A DNA stretch of 64,000 bases from Alkalispirochaeta sp. (GCA_965242725.1 CBDESZ010000018.1:352001-416000); one strand, 5' to 3'. Positions 31,130 to 43,200 are shown, counted from the first letter of the stretch. Made by a program: numbers and translations. The notes: a model not told the origin generated them from the letters alone.

Positions 31130-31630
31130 ATGGCAGAAATAAAACTTAAGGGAAACACAATCCATACGAGCGGTAACCTTCCCGGTGTCGGAAGCAAGGC
31201 ACCCGATTTTGTCCTGACCCGGGGAGATCTTGAAGATGTTCGCCTCTCCGACTTTGCGGGGAAGAAGAAAATTCTCAACATTGTACCCAGTCTCGACACG
31301 GGTGTCTGCGCGGCAAGTGCGCGCAGGTTTGACAAGGAAGTTGCAAAGCTGGACAACGTCGTCTGTCTCACCGTGAGCGACGATCTGCCCTTTGCATCGT
31401 CCCGTTTCTGCAAGGCAGAAGGCGTTGAAAACGTCGTCACCCTCAGCGAACTTCGAAACAGGGATTTCGGAAAGGACTACGGCTGTCGAATCGTCGACGG
31501 ACCGATGGCGGGCCTTCTGAGCAGGGCGGTGGTCGTCCTTGATGAGAAAGATTCCGTCGTTTACACCGAGCAGGTCCCCGAAATCGTACAGGAACCGGAC
31601 TACGACAAGGTCCTCCAGGTTCTTGCGTAG
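31130..31630 (+). CDS. tpx: Thiol peroxidase (atypical 2-Cys peroxiredoxin)
   Basis: PSLDTGVC, DLPFA..RFC, LLSRAVVV, EPDYD. Confidence 0.95.
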   Translation: MAEIKLKGNTIHTSGNLPGVGSKAPDFVLTRGDLEDVRLSDFAGKKKILNIVPSLDTGVCAASARRFDKEVAKLDNVVCLTVSDDLPFASSRFCKAEGVENVVTLSELRNRDFGKDYGCRIVDGPMAGLLSRAVVVLDEKDSVVYTEQVPEIVQEPDYDKVLQVLA

Positions 31631-31667
31631 TTCGCGTTGATTGACACCTCCTGCGGAGGACACTACG

Positions 31668-32324
31668 ATGTCCTCCGTAATGGCTATGAGCGGTTCACAA
31701 GAACATAACCAACACGACCGACTGTCCCAGGTGACCTATGCACGACGGGTACAGACTTCGGCGCTGTTTGTGGCACTGATCGCCGCGGGGGCCTTTGTAT
31801 CCATCCCCCTTCCCTTTTCGCCGGTACCTATCGTTCTCCAGAATTTCTTCGTCGTCGCGACGGGATCCATTCTCACCGCACCATGGGCGGCGGTGACGGT
31901 GGCGGTATATCTGGCGATGGGCGCGATCGGCCTGCCGGTATTTGCAGGAGCGACGGGCGGTCTGTCCCACTTTGCGGGCCCCACGGGAGGATTTCTCGTC
32001 GGTTTTCTCTTTTCCGCGGTCCTGACCTCTCTCATTCTCCACAAAGGTTTTTCTCCCCCCGGGACGAACGGCAGCGACAGTGACGGTATTGAGACGCAGC
32101 ACGGGGGCTACAACGATTTCCACCTCATTCTGGCGCTCTTCGTCGGGTTCCTTATGCCCTACCTCTTCGGTCTGCCCTGGTTGTCCTACACAACCGGTCT
32201 CTCCCTGAAAGAGGCGCTCCCGATCGGAATGATTCCCTTTCTCCCCGGCGATCTTGTAAAAGGGATCCTTCTGTTCTTTCTTATCCGACGCATGCCACAG
32301 TCGATATGGCGTCGCTTGAAATAA
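31668..32324 (+). CDS. bioY: Biotin transporter S component BioY (start could be 31668, 31680 or 31686)
   Basis: PVPIVLQ, GLPVFAG, GPTGGFLVGF, PFLPGDLVK. Confidence 0.9.
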   Translation: MSSVMAMSGSQEHNQHDRLSQVTYARRVQTSALFVALIAAGAFVSIPLPFSPVPIVLQNFFVVATGSILTAPWAAVTVAVYLAMGAIGLPVFAGATGGLSHFAGPTGGFLVGFLFSAVLTSLILHKGFSPPGTNGSDSDGIETQHGGYNDFHLILALFVGFLMPYLFGLPWLSYTTGLSLKEALPIGMIPFLPGDLVKGILLFFLIRRMPQSIWRRLK

Positions 32325-33016
32325 CGGACCTCACCGTACGGCTCGGCGATCCAAAACGGACCGTTCTTGAAAAGGTCTCATTCCTCTGTGACGGGGGAAA
32401 TATCCTGCTCATCCTTGGGGCAAACGGTTCCGGAAAGTCAGTGCTCCTCAGGACGCTTCTGGGACTGCATCAGGTGAAACGAGGGTCCGTCCTCCTCGAC
32501 GGAAGCCCCCTGGCGCACAAGAAAGACGGCCTCTACCGTCGTTCCGGCGTAGCCCTGCAGAATCCGGATCATCAGATATTCGGTGATACCGTATTTGACG
32601 ACCTGTGCATCGGCAGGACCCCCGATGACGTGCGACGCCACCCCGCCGTCGCGGCCTTTGGTCTCGACGCGCTCCTGAACGTTCCTCCCCATGAACTGAG
32701 CGGCGGGCAGCGCAGACGTCTGGCACTTGCGGGTGCGTGTATCGCGTCAAGGGACTTTCTCTTTCTGGACGAACCCTTTATTGAGCTTGACTATCCTCAC
32801 ATTCTCGTCCTCATAGACCAGATCAGGTACGCCCGGTCCCGGGGTTCCGTCGTGGTCGTCGCGTCCCATGAAACCCGTGACATATGGGAAATATCCGACC
32901 GCGTCCTGCTTCTTCACGACGGGCGTCCCGTTGTCTACGGACCGCCGGATACGGTGCGTCCCTATGTGTCGCCCCGATACGGACTGAGACCGTTGGAATC
33001 GAGTGTGCGGACATGA
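32306..33016 (+). CDS. ECF transporter ATPase (BioM-like)
   Basis: GANGSGKS, QNPDHQ, LSGGQRRR, LDEP. Confidence 0.85.
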   Translation: MASLEITDLTVRLGDPKRTVLEKVSFLCDGGNILLILGANGSGKSVLLRTLLGLHQVKRGSVLLDGSPLAHKKDGLYRRSGVALQNPDHQIFGDTVFDDLCIGRTPDDVRRHPAVAAFGLDALLNVPPHELSGGQRRRLALAGACIASRDFLFLDEPFIELDYPHILVLIDQIRYARSRGSVVVVASHETRDIWEISDRVLLLHDGRPVVYGPPDTVRPYVSPRYGLRPLESSVRT

Positions 33017-33609
33017 AGGATGTCCTGGTCCTGCTGCACTTTCTCCTTGGTCAGATTCTGGTTCTGACCATTTCCCGCCTCCCCGCCGTTGCCGTGACCG
33101 TCATAGGCGCTGCGGCGGTGAACGTGGCGATCTCTCGACGTCGTGCAGGTATTTTTCGCCTGGCATTGGCCGTGGCCGTACTGACCGTACCGGTCCTCCT
33201 GGGGCAGCTTTTTTTTCTCGCCCCGACGGCGACGGTTGATCCGTCGGTGCTTCTGCGGGATTGGGGAGTGTACGCGTCACGATTACTTGCCGCAGCCTTG
33301 ATCGCCCGGGTCTATCTGATCAGCCGCGGTACCTCGGGAATACAACGGGGTCTGGCGGGAGTTACCCGTTTCCTGCCCCGTCGGGTTGCACAAACGATCG
33401 CCCTTGTAGCCGGTAGCGCACTTTTTCTCGTTCCCGTAGTGACCGTCTATCTCCGACGTACGCTGCAAATCGCGTCTATCCGCTTTCGCTCCGGCGGCAA
33501 GATGTCTATCAGAAAACGGTCGCGCGCCCTTGGCGCAACGTTGATACATCTTTCCCTCCTTCCCCAGAGACGCGCGGAAGGTATGGTCATACGGGGAATG
33601 GTGGAATGA
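33013..33609 (+). CDS. ECF transporter T component (BioN/EcfT-like, divergent)
   Basis: Membrane protein after bioY and the ATPase; ends 'AEGMVIRG', resembling the EcfT xRG motif. Confidence 0.65.
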   Translation: MKDVLVLLHFLLGQILVLTISRLPAVAVTVIGAAAVNVAISRRRAGIFRLALAVAVLTVPVLLGQLFFLAPTATVDPSVLLRDWGVYASRLLAAALIARVYLISRGTSGIQRGLAGVTRFLPRRVAQTIALVAGSALFLVPVVTVYLRRTLQIASIRFRSGGKMSIRKRSRALGATLIHLSLLPQRRAEGMVIRGMVE

Positions 33610-34091
33610 TTCACGTCGTCCTTGTGGAACCTGAAATACCGCCCAATACGGGCAATATCGCCAGGACCTGTGCCGCAACGGGCATCCCCCTTCATCTCGT
33701 TGAACCCCTCGGTTTTTCAATATCCGACCGCTACGTAAAACGGGCGGGACTTGACTATTGGAAGGACGTGGACCTCCATCTCCACCGCGACCTTCCCGCC
33801 TTTTTTACTTATGCGAAGGAAAGATGCGGCGCACCCTGGGAACCGGCCCTTCTCACCACCAAGGGCAGCCAACCGTATACCCGCATTTCCCTCCCCCCGG
33901 AGGGAAAAGACCTCTTCCTCCTTTTCGGTCCGGAAACGCGGGGTCTGCCGGCGGACCTTCTTGCGCGCTTTCCTGACAGGCGGTATCGTATTCCCATGGT
34001 GCCTGAGCGACGGTCACTGAATCTGAGCAATTCCGTCGCCGTCGTCGTTTACGATCTATTAAGACGCGCAGGCTTTGAGAGACTTGAATAA
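33606..34091 (+). CDS. trmL: tRNA (cytidine/uridine-34-2'-O)-methyltransferase
   Basis: PEIPPNTGNIARTC, KRAGLDYW, FGPETRGL, RSLNLSNSVA. Confidence 0.95.
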   Translation: MIHVVLVEPEIPPNTGNIARTCAATGIPLHLVEPLGFSISDRYVKRAGLDYWKDVDLHLHRDLPAFFTYAKERCGAPWEPALLTTKGSQPYTRISLPPEGKDLFLLFGPETRGLPADLLARFPDRRYRIPMVPERRSLNLSNSVAVVVYDLLRRAGFERLE

Positions 34092-34108
34092 CAAGTGAGG
34101 GTCACTGA

Positions 34109-34903
34109 ATGAAAAATATCGGAATTATCGGCACCGGCTACATGGGTACCGCCGTCATGCGCGGTATTCTGAAAACCGCACCGCACGTTCAGTTTGGAAT
34201 GGTGGAGAAAGACGGTTCCCGAAGGGATTACTGCACCCGTGAACTGGGAGCTCTCGACTTTACCGCCAAGCCGGCTGAGTTGTTCGGCTTTTCGGATATG
34301 GTAATCCTCGCAATCAAGCCCCAGGATCTGGAAAGCCTCGCAGATTCGATCGGAAAAATCGACGCCGATTCGCTCATACTCTCCATGCTGGCCGGTACTC
34401 CAATCACCCGTATCGGCGGACTTCTGGGAGTCAGGCGGATCATCAGAATCATGCCCAATCTGGCTGCGGACATCGGAAAGGCGGTGACGGGCATTACCTT
34501 TTCCCGGGAGATCGAATACGGAGTGCGAACCGAGGTCCACCGAATCCTCCAGGGGCTCGGGACCCTTCTTGAGGTGCGGGAGGATCAGCTCGCCGCGGTC
34601 ACCGGTATTTCCGGAAGCGGCATCGCCTTTGCCCTCGAGTTTATTGACGCCCTTGCAATGGGTGGTGTCCTTGAGGGACTTCCCTATGGCCAGGCGGTGC
34701 AGGCGGCAAGAGATGTCGTGGAATCCGCCGCGGCACTCATGAAGGAATCCGAATCCTCGCCGTCCGAGCTTGTCCGCCGGGTGTGTTCACCCGGTGGAAC
34801 GACCGTACAGGGTGTTCGTGCCCTCAAGGCGGGGCAGTTTGACGCAACGGTAATGACCGCAGTGGAAGCGGCAGCCCGACGCTCCAGGGAGCTTGAAGGA
34901 TAA
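34109..34903 (+). CDS. proC: Pyrroline-5-carboxylate reductase
   Basis: IGTGYMG, LAIKPQ, RIMPN, SGSG, VCSPGGTT. Confidence 0.93.
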   Translation: MKNIGIIGTGYMGTAVMRGILKTAPHVQFGMVEKDGSRRDYCTRELGALDFTAKPAELFGFSDMVILAIKPQDLESLADSIGKIDADSLILSMLAGTPITRIGGLLGVRRIIRIMPNLAADIGKAVTGITFSREIEYGVRTEVHRILQGLGTLLEVREDQLAAVTGISGSGIAFALEFIDALAMGGVLEGLPYGQAVQAARDVVESAAALMKESESSPSELVRRVCSPGGTTVQGVRALKAGQFDATVMTAVEAAARRSRELEG

Positions 34904-34959
34904 TCGCCGGAGCCGCGGCGACGCTTGTTTCAGACCACATACCTCAGATACTATATGCC

Positions 34960-36258
34960 ATGCTTGATCTCAAATTCGTACGGAACAACCCTGAACTCAT
35001 TAAAAAGAATATCAAAGACCGTAACGTGCAGGTTGACGTGGATGCGATCCTCCGACTCTATGACGGCCATCGCGAGGCGCTCCAGCGGGTGGAGGAACTT
35101 CGGACCAGGAGAAATGAAAACGCCGCCGCGATGAAGCAGCGCCTCTCCGAGGACGAGCGTAAAAGCCTGATCGATGAAGGCAAGCGCTTGAAGGAAGAGA
35201 TCGCCTCCCATGAAGGAGAGCTGAAGGAGCTCGAAAAGGAGCTTCACCGCGCCGCCGAGGCACTCCCGAACCTCACCCACCCGGAAACACCCGTTGGAGG
35301 CGACGATTCCGCAAACAGAGAGCTGGAAGTCGTCGGCACTCCCCGGACCTTTTCATTCGAACCCAGGGACCATGTGGAACTGGGAACGTCCCTCGACATC
35401 GTCGACTTTGAGCGCGCGGCGAAGGTCTCGGGAGCGAAGTTTTACTACCTCCGGAATGAAGGGGTCTTTCTTGAGCTGGCGCTCATACGATACGCCCTCG
35501 ACATTCTCAGGGAACGGGGATTCACCCCGATGATAACCCCCGATATCGCCCGCACCGACGTGGTTGCCGGAATCGGTTTCAATCCCCGGGGACCGGAGTC
35601 CAACATATACAATCTGGAAGATGAAGACACCAGTCTCGTGGGGACGGCGGAAATCACTCTCGGCGGGTATTATGCCGACGAGACGCTCCCGTCGGAGGAG
35701 CTGCCCCTTCGCATGGCGGGCCTCTCCCACTGCTTCCGGCGGGAAGCGGGTGCGGCCGGGCAGTTCTCACGAGGACTGTACAGGGTACATCAATTCACAA
35801 AGGTGGAGATGTTCATTCTCTGCCATCCTGACGACTCGGAACGCTTTCATGTGGAAATGCTTGAAACGGAAAAGGAAATATTTTCCAGTCTGGACATACC
35901 CTTCCGTGTCCTCGACATCTGCAGCGGCGATCTGGGCGGACCGGCGTACCGCAAATTCGATCTTGAAGCGTGGATGCCGGGGCGGGGAGAATCGGGAGAA
36001 TGGGGCGAGGTGACAAGCACCTCCAACTGCACCGACTTCCAAAGCCGCAGACTGAATGTGCGCTATCAGAAACTCCTGGAGAACGGAAAAAAGGAACGGG
36101 GATTTGTTCACCTCCTCAATGGCACCGCCGTCGCCGTCTCCCGGGCGATTATCGCGATTCTTGAGAACTTTCAGCGCTCCGACGGATCCGTGGAGATACC
36201 CCCGGCTCTCCGGAAGTATACCGGATTTGACGTCATTCAACCAAAAAAGATGGGCTGA
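34960..36258 (+). CDS. serS: Serine--tRNA ligase
   Basis: MLDLKFVR, GTAE, CFRREAG, RVHQFTKVE, STSNCTDFQSRRL, LNGT. Confidence 0.97.
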   Translation: MLDLKFVRNNPELIKKNIKDRNVQVDVDAILRLYDGHREALQRVEELRTRRNENAAAMKQRLSEDERKSLIDEGKRLKEEIASHEGELKELEKELHRAAEALPNLTHPETPVGGDDSANRELEVVGTPRTFSFEPRDHVELGTSLDIVDFERAAKVSGAKFYYLRNEGVFLELALIRYALDILRERGFTPMITPDIARTDVVAGIGFNPRGPESNIYNLEDEDTSLVGTAEITLGGYYADETLPSEELPLRMAGLSHCFRREAGAAGQFSRGLYRVHQFTKVEMFILCHPDDSERFHVEMLETEKEIFSSLDIPFRVLDICSGDLGGPAYRKFDLEAWMPGRGESGEWGEVTSTSNCTDFQSRRLNVRYQKLLENGKKERGFVHLLNGTAVAVSRAIIAILENFQRSDGSVEIPPALRKYTGFDVIQPKKMG

Positions 36259-36267
36259 GGAAGATCC

Positions 36268-37395
36268 ATGTTGATCCATCCACCCCGCATGATCGCGGAA
36301 ATAGGGACCGCCCATAGCGGGGACGTCGGTCGGGCAAAGGAACTCATATCCGCGGCGGCGGAGGCCGGTGCCGATACGGCGAAGTTCCAGCTGGTCATCG
36401 CCGACGAAATTCTCCATCCCCTCTCGGGCCCGGTAGATCTGCCGGGCGGCGCTTTTCCGCTGTATGAACGATTCAAGGAACTGGAACGGGATGTGGAGTT
36501 TTACCGCGAGCTGCAGGAGCTCTGTCACGAAGCGGGAATACAGTTCCTCTGCACGCCTTTCGGAGTGGAAAGCGCGCGCCACCTCTATTCCCTCGGCGTG
36601 GAGGAATACAAGATTGCCTCCCCTGAACTGAACCACCATCCCCTGATAAAGGAGATCGTTTCCTACCGGAAACCGATAATCCTGTCCACCGGTGTTTCCA
36701 GATTGCGGGACATCGGGGAAACCGTCGACTATATCGCGTCGCTCAACTCCGGTACGCCGCTCCAGCTCCTTCACTGTGTCACCTCGTATCCCGCCCGGGA
36801 GGAGGAATACAACCTCCGTGTCATTCCGGGGCTGGCATCGGTCTTCGGCATTCCCGTAGGCATCTCCGACCATTCAAGAGACGCGACGCTCGTTCCGGGC
36901 CTTGCGACGATTTTCGGTGCCGTTACGATAGAAAAGCATATAACCCTTGATCGTGACGCCAATGGGTTGGACGACCCCATTGCACTGGATCCCGAGGAGT
37001 TTGCGGAAATGGTGCGGGAAGTCACACGAATCGGGGAAGCTCTCGGGAACGCCACGGATCCTGTCGAACTGCAACGAATCAAAGAGGAACTGACCGCCGA
37101 CTACCGCGACCGCTTTGGTGAGGAACGGGTTGAAACCGTGCTCGGCGACGGTGTCAAGCGCCTTGCCGAAAGCGAAGTACGCCACTACGGCTACACAAAT
37201 CGAAGTATCCACGTTCTCCGCGACGTGACCGCCGGTACAACCCTCACCGAAAAGGATCTGGCCGTACTGAGAAGCGAAAAAAACCTGACTCCGGGTCTGC
37301 ATCCCCGCTACTGGGAGGTCATCCTGGGACGAAGGGTTTCAATGGACGTCCGTCCCGGCGAGGGACTGCGATGGGAGCACCTTTTCCGGGATTAG
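36268..37395 (+). CDS. N-acetylneuraminate synthase family protein (NeuB/PseI/SpsE-like) with SAF domain
   Basis: IAEIGTAH, AKFQ, KIASPE, LHCVTSYP, GISDHS, IEKHITL, C-terminal SAF/AFP domain. Confidence 0.88.
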   Translation: MLIHPPRMIAEIGTAHSGDVGRAKELISAAAEAGADTAKFQLVIADEILHPLSGPVDLPGGAFPLYERFKELERDVEFYRELQELCHEAGIQFLCTPFGVESARHLYSLGVEEYKIASPELNHHPLIKEIVSYRKPIILSTGVSRLRDIGETVDYIASLNSGTPLQLLHCVTSYPAREEEYNLRVIPGLASVFGIPVGISDHSRDATLVPGLATIFGAVTIEKHITLDRDANGLDDPIALDPEEFAEMVREVTRIGEALGNATDPVELQRIKEELTADYRDRFGEERVETVLGDGVKRLAESEVRHYGYTNRSIHVLRDVTAGTTLTEKDLAVLRSEKNLTPGLHPRYWEVILGRRVSMDVRPGEGLRWEHLFRD

Positions 37396-37455
37396 GGGTG
37401 CCCCGCTCCCGACTCTCCCATCGCAGGCGTCCCTTCGCGACGACGCCTCACTGTA

Positions 37456-40170
37456 CTACGCAACCAGTTTTCGAAGAACCGTATGCAGAATACCGCCGTT
37501 GCGGTAATACTCCACCTCGACGGGTGTATCGATTCTGCAAATCGTCTCGATCGTGGACGTCGATCCATCCTCTTTTTTGACATCCACCATAACCGTCTGT
37601 CCCGGTTTCAGTGAATCATCGACGTGAATCGTATATGACTCTTTCCCGGTAAGTCCCAGGGAATCGGCGGACGCACCGTCCTTGAACTGCAGCGGCAGGA
37701 CGCCCATACCTACCAGGTTGCTCCTATGGATACGCTCAAAACTCTCGGCGATGACCGCCTTGATTCCCAGGAGCTGAACACCCTTTGCGGCCCAGTCACG
37801 GGAGGAGCCCATGCCGTAATCCTTGCCCGCCAGGACAATGGTCGGAATATCCGCATCTTTATAGCGTTCCGCCGCCTCAAAAATGCTTACAACTTCTCCG
37901 GTGGGTACATGAGTCGTCACGGACCCCTCAGTGTCGGGAGCCATGGCGTTCCGAAAACGGATATTGGCGAAGGTTCCCCGGGTCATGATCTTGTCATTGC
38001 CGCGTCTGCTTCCGTAGGAGTTGAAGTCCTTTCGCTCCACACCCCGGCCGACAAGGTACGATCCCGCCGGACTGTCCGGAGCGATCGCCCCCGCTGGAGA
38101 GATGTGGTCGGTGGTGATGCTGTCACCGGCCTTGACGAGAACCCGCGCCGATGTAATCTCCTCGATGGGTTTCACCGTGAGATCCATATCCTTGAAGAAC
38201 GGAGGTTCCTGAATGTAATCGGACTCCTCTTTCCAGTCATAGAGCGCCGATTCCGTGACGGGAATGGCGTTCCAGTCGGGATTAGAATCTTCAAGTCCCT
38301 GGTAACTCTTTATGAATGCATCACGGTCCAGGGCCTGGCGAACGTATTCCTGCAGTTCATCTGCGGTCGGCCAGATTTCGTGGAGATACACGGGATTCCC
38401 CGACTGATCGTGACCGATCGGATCGCTTGAGAGATTGATATCCACCGTACCGGCAACGGCGTAGGCTACGACAAGCGGCGGCGACATGAGGAAATTGGCC
38501 TTCGTGTGGGGGTTGATACGTCCCTCAAAATTACGGTTCCCCGAAAGAACACCGGCGACGACGAGATCCTCCGCTTCGATCGCCTTTGCAATGTTTTCCG
38601 GTACGGGTCCACTGTTCCCTATGCAGGTGGTGCAGCCGTACCCGACAAGATAAAATCCGAGTTTTTCAAGATATGTCATCAACCCGGTACGCTGAAGGTA
38701 TTCGGTGACCACCATCGATCCCGGAGCAAAACTCGTCTTGATCCACGGCTTTCGGGTCAGTCCCTTTTCCACGGCTTTCTTTGCGAGAAGCCCCGCGCCG
38801 AGAAGGACACTCGGGTTGCTCGTATTTGTACAACTTGTAATGGCGGCTATGACCACGTCGCCGTGGGTGAGCTCCTTGCGGGATCCCTCATCCATGACGG
38901 CAGGTGAACTCTTCCGTATGTCCCCGTCGTCCAGGCCGTATCCGCCCTTTGCCACGGGAGCGCGAAGCATTGCCCGCCACGCGTCCTTGACGTTCTTCAC
39001 GGCGATCCGATCCTGGGGACGTTTCGGACCGGCAATGCTCGGTTCAATCTCATCAAGGTTCAGTTCAAGGACAGCCTCAAATTCCGGATCCGGCGTATCG
39101 TCTGTACGGAACATTTCCTGGGCCCTGGCATACTGTTCCACCGTTTTGATCTGCTCCTCCGGTCTGCCCGTTGCCCACATATAATCAAGAGTCTGCTGGT
39201 CTATCGGGAAATATCCCATCGTCGCGCCGTACTCGGGAGCCATGTTCGATATCGTCGCCCTGTCGGGAACGGTCATTTCACTCAACCCCGGTCCGAAGAA
39301 CTCGACAAACTTGCCGACAACGCCGTGTTTACGGAGCATTTCGGTTATACGAAGGACCAGGTCCGTCGCGGTGATACCCGGGCGAAGTTTTCCGGTAATC
39401 TTCACCCCCACTACCGCCGGCGCGAGGACGTATATCGGTTGCCCCAGCATCGCCGCTTCCGCCTCAATGCCGCCGACACCCCATCCGACGACACCAAGCC
39501 CGTTGATCATCGGAGTGTGGCTGTCGGTTCCAACAAGAGAATCAAAATAGGCTACCCTGCTGCCGTCAACGTCGCGCACCTGAACGCCTTTTCCGAGATA
39601 TTCAAGGTTCACCTGATGGCAGATGCCGCTCGCAGGGGGAACGACTGAAAAATTCTCAAATGCCCCCTGCCCCCATCGCAGAAATTCGTATCGCTCGCGG
39701 TTCCGCTGAAACTCAAGTTCCGCGTTCTTGCGAAGCGCCTCACTGCTGTTGAAGAAATCGACCTGAACCGAATGGTCGATAACGAGGTCTACAGGTAATT
39801 CAGGATTGATTTTTGCCGGATCGCCGCCGAGACGTGATACGGCGTTGCGCATCGCCGCCAGGTCGACGACGCTGGGAACGCCGGTGAAATCCTGCAGCAG
39901 TACACGTGCCGGCTTAAAGGGTAATTCAACTTTTGCCGGGCCGGCGGGATTGTAATTCCCAATGGCGTCGATATGTTCTTTGGTGACTTCATAACCGTCT
40001 TCATGACGTAAAATGGATTCCAACAGGACCCGTATTGAAAACGGCAGCTTCCGGACATTTGGAAATACCGTTTCAGCGAGATGGGCGACGCTGTAGTACT
40101 GTACATCTCCCAATGCGGTTTGCATTGTCTGCTTTGAATTGTAACTATTTCCCACTGAGGTTTGGCTCAT
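37456..40170 (-). CDS. acnA: Aconitate hydratase A
   Basis: [53 protein letters not shown]. Confidence 0.97.
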   Translation of the reverse strand: MSQTSVGNSYNSKQTMQTALGDVQYYSVAHLAETVFPNVRKLPFSIRVLLESILRHEDGYEVTKEHIDAIGNYNPAGPAKVELPFKPARVLLQDFTGVPSVVDLAAMRNAVSRLGGDPAKINPELPVDLVIDHSVQVDFFNSSEALRKNAELEFQRNRERYEFLRWGQGAFENFSVVPPASGICHQVNLEYLGKGVQVRDVDGSRVAYFDSLVGTDSHTPMINGLGVVGWGVGGIEAEAAMLGQPIYVLAPAVVGVKITGKLRPGITATDLVLRITEMLRKHGVVGKFVEFFGPGLSEMTVPDRATISNMAPEYGATMGYFPIDQQTLDYMWATGRPEEQIKTVEQYARAQEMFRTDDTPDPEFEAVLELNLDEIEPSIAGPKRPQDRIAVKNVKDAWRAMLRAPVAKGGYGLDDGDIRKSSPAVMDEGSRKELTHGDVVIAAITSCTNTSNPSVLLGAGLLAKKAVEKGLTRKPWIKTSFAPGSMVVTEYLQRTGLMTYLEKLGFYLVGYGCTTCIGNSGPVPENIAKAIEAEDLVVAGVLSGNRNFEGRINPHTKANFLMSPPLVVAYAVAGTVDINLSSDPIGHDQSGNPVYLHEIWPTADELQEYVRQALDRDAFIKSYQGLEDSNPDWNAIPVTESALYDWKEESDYIQEPPFFKDMDLTVKPIEEITSARVLVKAGDSITTDHISPAGAIAPDSPAGSYLVGRGVERKDFNSYGSRRGNDKIMTRGTFANIRFRNAMAPDTEGSVTTHVPTGEVVSIFEAAERYKDADIPTIVLAGKDYGMGSSRDWAAKGVQLLGIKAVIAESFERIHRSNLVGMGVLPLQFKDGASADSLGLTGKESYTIHVDDSLKPGQTVMVDVKKEDGSTSTIETICRIDTPVEVEYYRNGGILHTVLRKLVA

Positions 40171-40258
40171 TCCTATCTCTCCTTAAGGTTATTATACTGA
40201 CCCTACGGGGTAGTCGACTACACCATAGGCCCGTGGTATAGTGCGGGCGGGAGAGTTT

Positions 40259-43200
40259 ATGGTTACTGATAAATTCAACAATACCGAAGTCCTGCGGTCT
40301 CTCTATTCGACGATGGTTACGGCTCGTCACATGGACCTTATCGAGCAGAGCTATACGTCCCGGGGTGAAGCTTTTTTCCACGTCTCCGGTGCGGGGCACG
40401 AGGGCTCCATTGCCCTGTTTCCCCATTTGACCGAACATGACTGGCTTCACTGCCATTACCGCGACAAGGCGCTCATGCTTGCCCGGGGAATTTCTCCCTA
40501 CATGTTCTTTCTCAGTCTCTTCAACAAGGACGAATCCCACTCCCGGGGTCGACAGATGAACGCCCATATGAGCGACCCTGAGCGAAAGGTGTTGAGCATC
40601 GTCGGACCCGTCGGAAACAGTGCCCTCCAGGCGGTGGGCGTCGCGGAAATGGTGAAAGATGATGAAACCAACCCGCTCGTCCTGTGTGCCCTCGGAGAGG
40701 GAATGACCCAGGAGAGCGAGGTCCTTGAGGCGATCGGTCACGCCGTACGGGAAACGCTACCGGTCCTCTTCGTCGTTCAGGACAACAAGTACGCCATATC
40801 CACAAAGACGACAGGTAAGACATTCTATTCCCGCCCCTCCGGCGAGGCGGATGAGTTTTACGGCGTGCCCATTACCCGCATAGACGGAAGAAAGGTTCCC
40901 GACGCGGTTACACACTTCGGGACACTTGTCGATGCCATCCGCCGCGACAGGGGACCCCGGATCGTCATCTTTGAGGTGGAACGGCTTCACAATCACACAA
41001 ACGCAGACGATCAGCGGGTCTACCGTAATCCCGATGAAATCGCGGCGGCCGCAGAAACGGGGGACCCCGTGGCACTGCTTCGGGCCCAGCTCATGGCTGC
41101 CGGAGTGAATGAAGACGAGCTTACCACCGAGGAGGAGGAGATTCGGACTCGCCTCGAGGGAGAAGCGCGTCGCGCCCAGATGAGTGCCGAGCCGACGCCC
41201 GTCCACGGCGCCAAGGCGCCCCTTCCGGCCCGCCTTGAGGAGCGCAGCGGCGAGTACACCGGAGACGGCGAGGACTCACTGGTCATGCTCGAGGCGATCC
41301 GGGAAGTACTGGATGCCCGAATGGCACAGGACGACCGGGTCACCCTCTTTGGAGAGGATATCGAAGACCCCAAGGGCGACGTCTTTGGTATCACCCGGGG
41401 ACTGGGGAAAAAATACGGAAAGAGAATCAGAAACAGCCCCTTGAGCGAATCTCTTATTCTGGGAGTCTCCATAGGAAGGGCCCTCGCGGGGGGACGTCCG
41501 GTGGCGTTTCTTCAATTTGCCGACTTCCTGCCCATCGCGTACAACCAGATTTTTTCTGAACTGGGGAGTATGTACTGGCGAAGCGACGGAGGCTGGAAGG
41601 TACCGTTGATCGTCATGGTGACCGCCGGCGGCTATCGTCCCGGACTTGGACCGTTTCACGCATCCACCCTGGAGGCGCTCGTCGCCCATACGCCGGGCGT
41701 GGATGTTGTCATGCCGTCCACGGCGGGCGATGCGGCGGGACTGCTCAACGCCGCCTTTGAATCGGAGCGTCCGACAATCTTTTTCTATCCAAAGAATCAG
41801 CTGAACGATCGCGCCCGTATGACAAGTTCCGACGTGGCGAGACAGATCGTACCCCTCGGTGTGTCCCGACGTGTACGGGAGGGTTCGGACCTCACGATCG
41901 TGGCCTACGGCAATACCGTTCCCCTTGCCCAACGTGCTGCGGATGAGCTGGCAGACCAGGGTGTGTCCGTTGATCTTCTCGATCTGCGGAGTATCGTACC
42001 CTGGGACGAGGATGGGGTACTGAAGAGTGTAGACCGTACCGGTCGGCTCATTGTGACCCACGAGGACAACCATACCGCCGGATTCGGCGCCGAGGTTATC
42101 GCGACCATCGCCGAAAAAAGCCGTCGTCACATCGCCGCTCGCCGGGTCACCCGGGGAGACACCTATGTGCCCTGTAATTTCGGGAACCAGTTGGATGTTC
42201 TCCCGTCGTACAAGCGCATACTTGAGACGGCGGTGGAACTTCTGGGGGGAAGTATCGTCTGGAAACGGGACGACGCGGCGGAAAGCGGCGTCTTTGAGGT
42301 GGAAGCGATCGGTTCCAGCCCGTCCGACGAGACGGTAACGGTGGTGGAGTGGAAAGTTAAACCGGGCGATGTTGTAAAGGAGGGAGACCTCCTCGCCGAC
42401 GTCGAGGCCGACAAGGCCGCGACTGAATTGAAATCCCCCGTCTCGGGGACGGTGTCGGAACTCATTATAGAAGAGGGTGATAACGTCCCGGTGGGTACGC
42501 CGATCCTGCGAGTCAAAACGGCGGAAAACGAACCCGTTCATGTCAAACCGCTGACAAGGGAAAATCCCGGAACTCCCGTCATTACCGGAATCGGTCGGGA
42601 CGAAGGCGACGCTCCCGGGGGATCCACCCCGGCAGCTTCCTCCGTCCCGGTAGCCGCCACGGTGCGACGTGTCGACGGGCCGGTCTGTCTCATCGCAGGT
42701 ACCGCCGTCCGGAAGGGATCACGAATCGTCGAAAACGCGGAAATCGCAACGATGACTCCCGACTGGGAAGGCGACGACATCGAGAAACGGACGGGCATTG
42801 CCAGGCGCCACTGGGTCGTCCCGGGAGAGGACACGCTCACCCTCGCCGTCGATGCGAGTCGGGAGCTCCTGGATTCCAAAGAGATCGATATTTCGGACAT
42901 CGGCTTGATCATCTTTTCGACAGGTACCCCGACAAGCACCACTCCCTCTATGGCGGCGCTCCTGCAGCACGCGCTGAATACGGAGGGCGTAGACATATCA
43001 TGTCCCGCCTACGACATCAACGCCGCGTGTTCGGGATACATATACGGACTGCAGATCGCATGGGACTTTCTGAGCAACAGCCCGGACAGACTGGTTCTTC
43101 TGGTGACCAGTGAAGTCCTCAGTCCCCGTCTGGATATGCGCGACGGAGGTACGGCACCGATATTTGGCGACGCCGCAACGGCCACCCTCATCGGCGGTTC

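Noticed and set aside
34904..34959. T-box leader before serS (or before trpS)
   Set aside because: The intergenic space is far too short, there is no T-box motif, and trpS overlaps the upstream gene.
41276..42541. 421-aa minus-strand ORF inside the E1-FabH fusion
   Set aside because: Antisense shadow with no recognisable domain.
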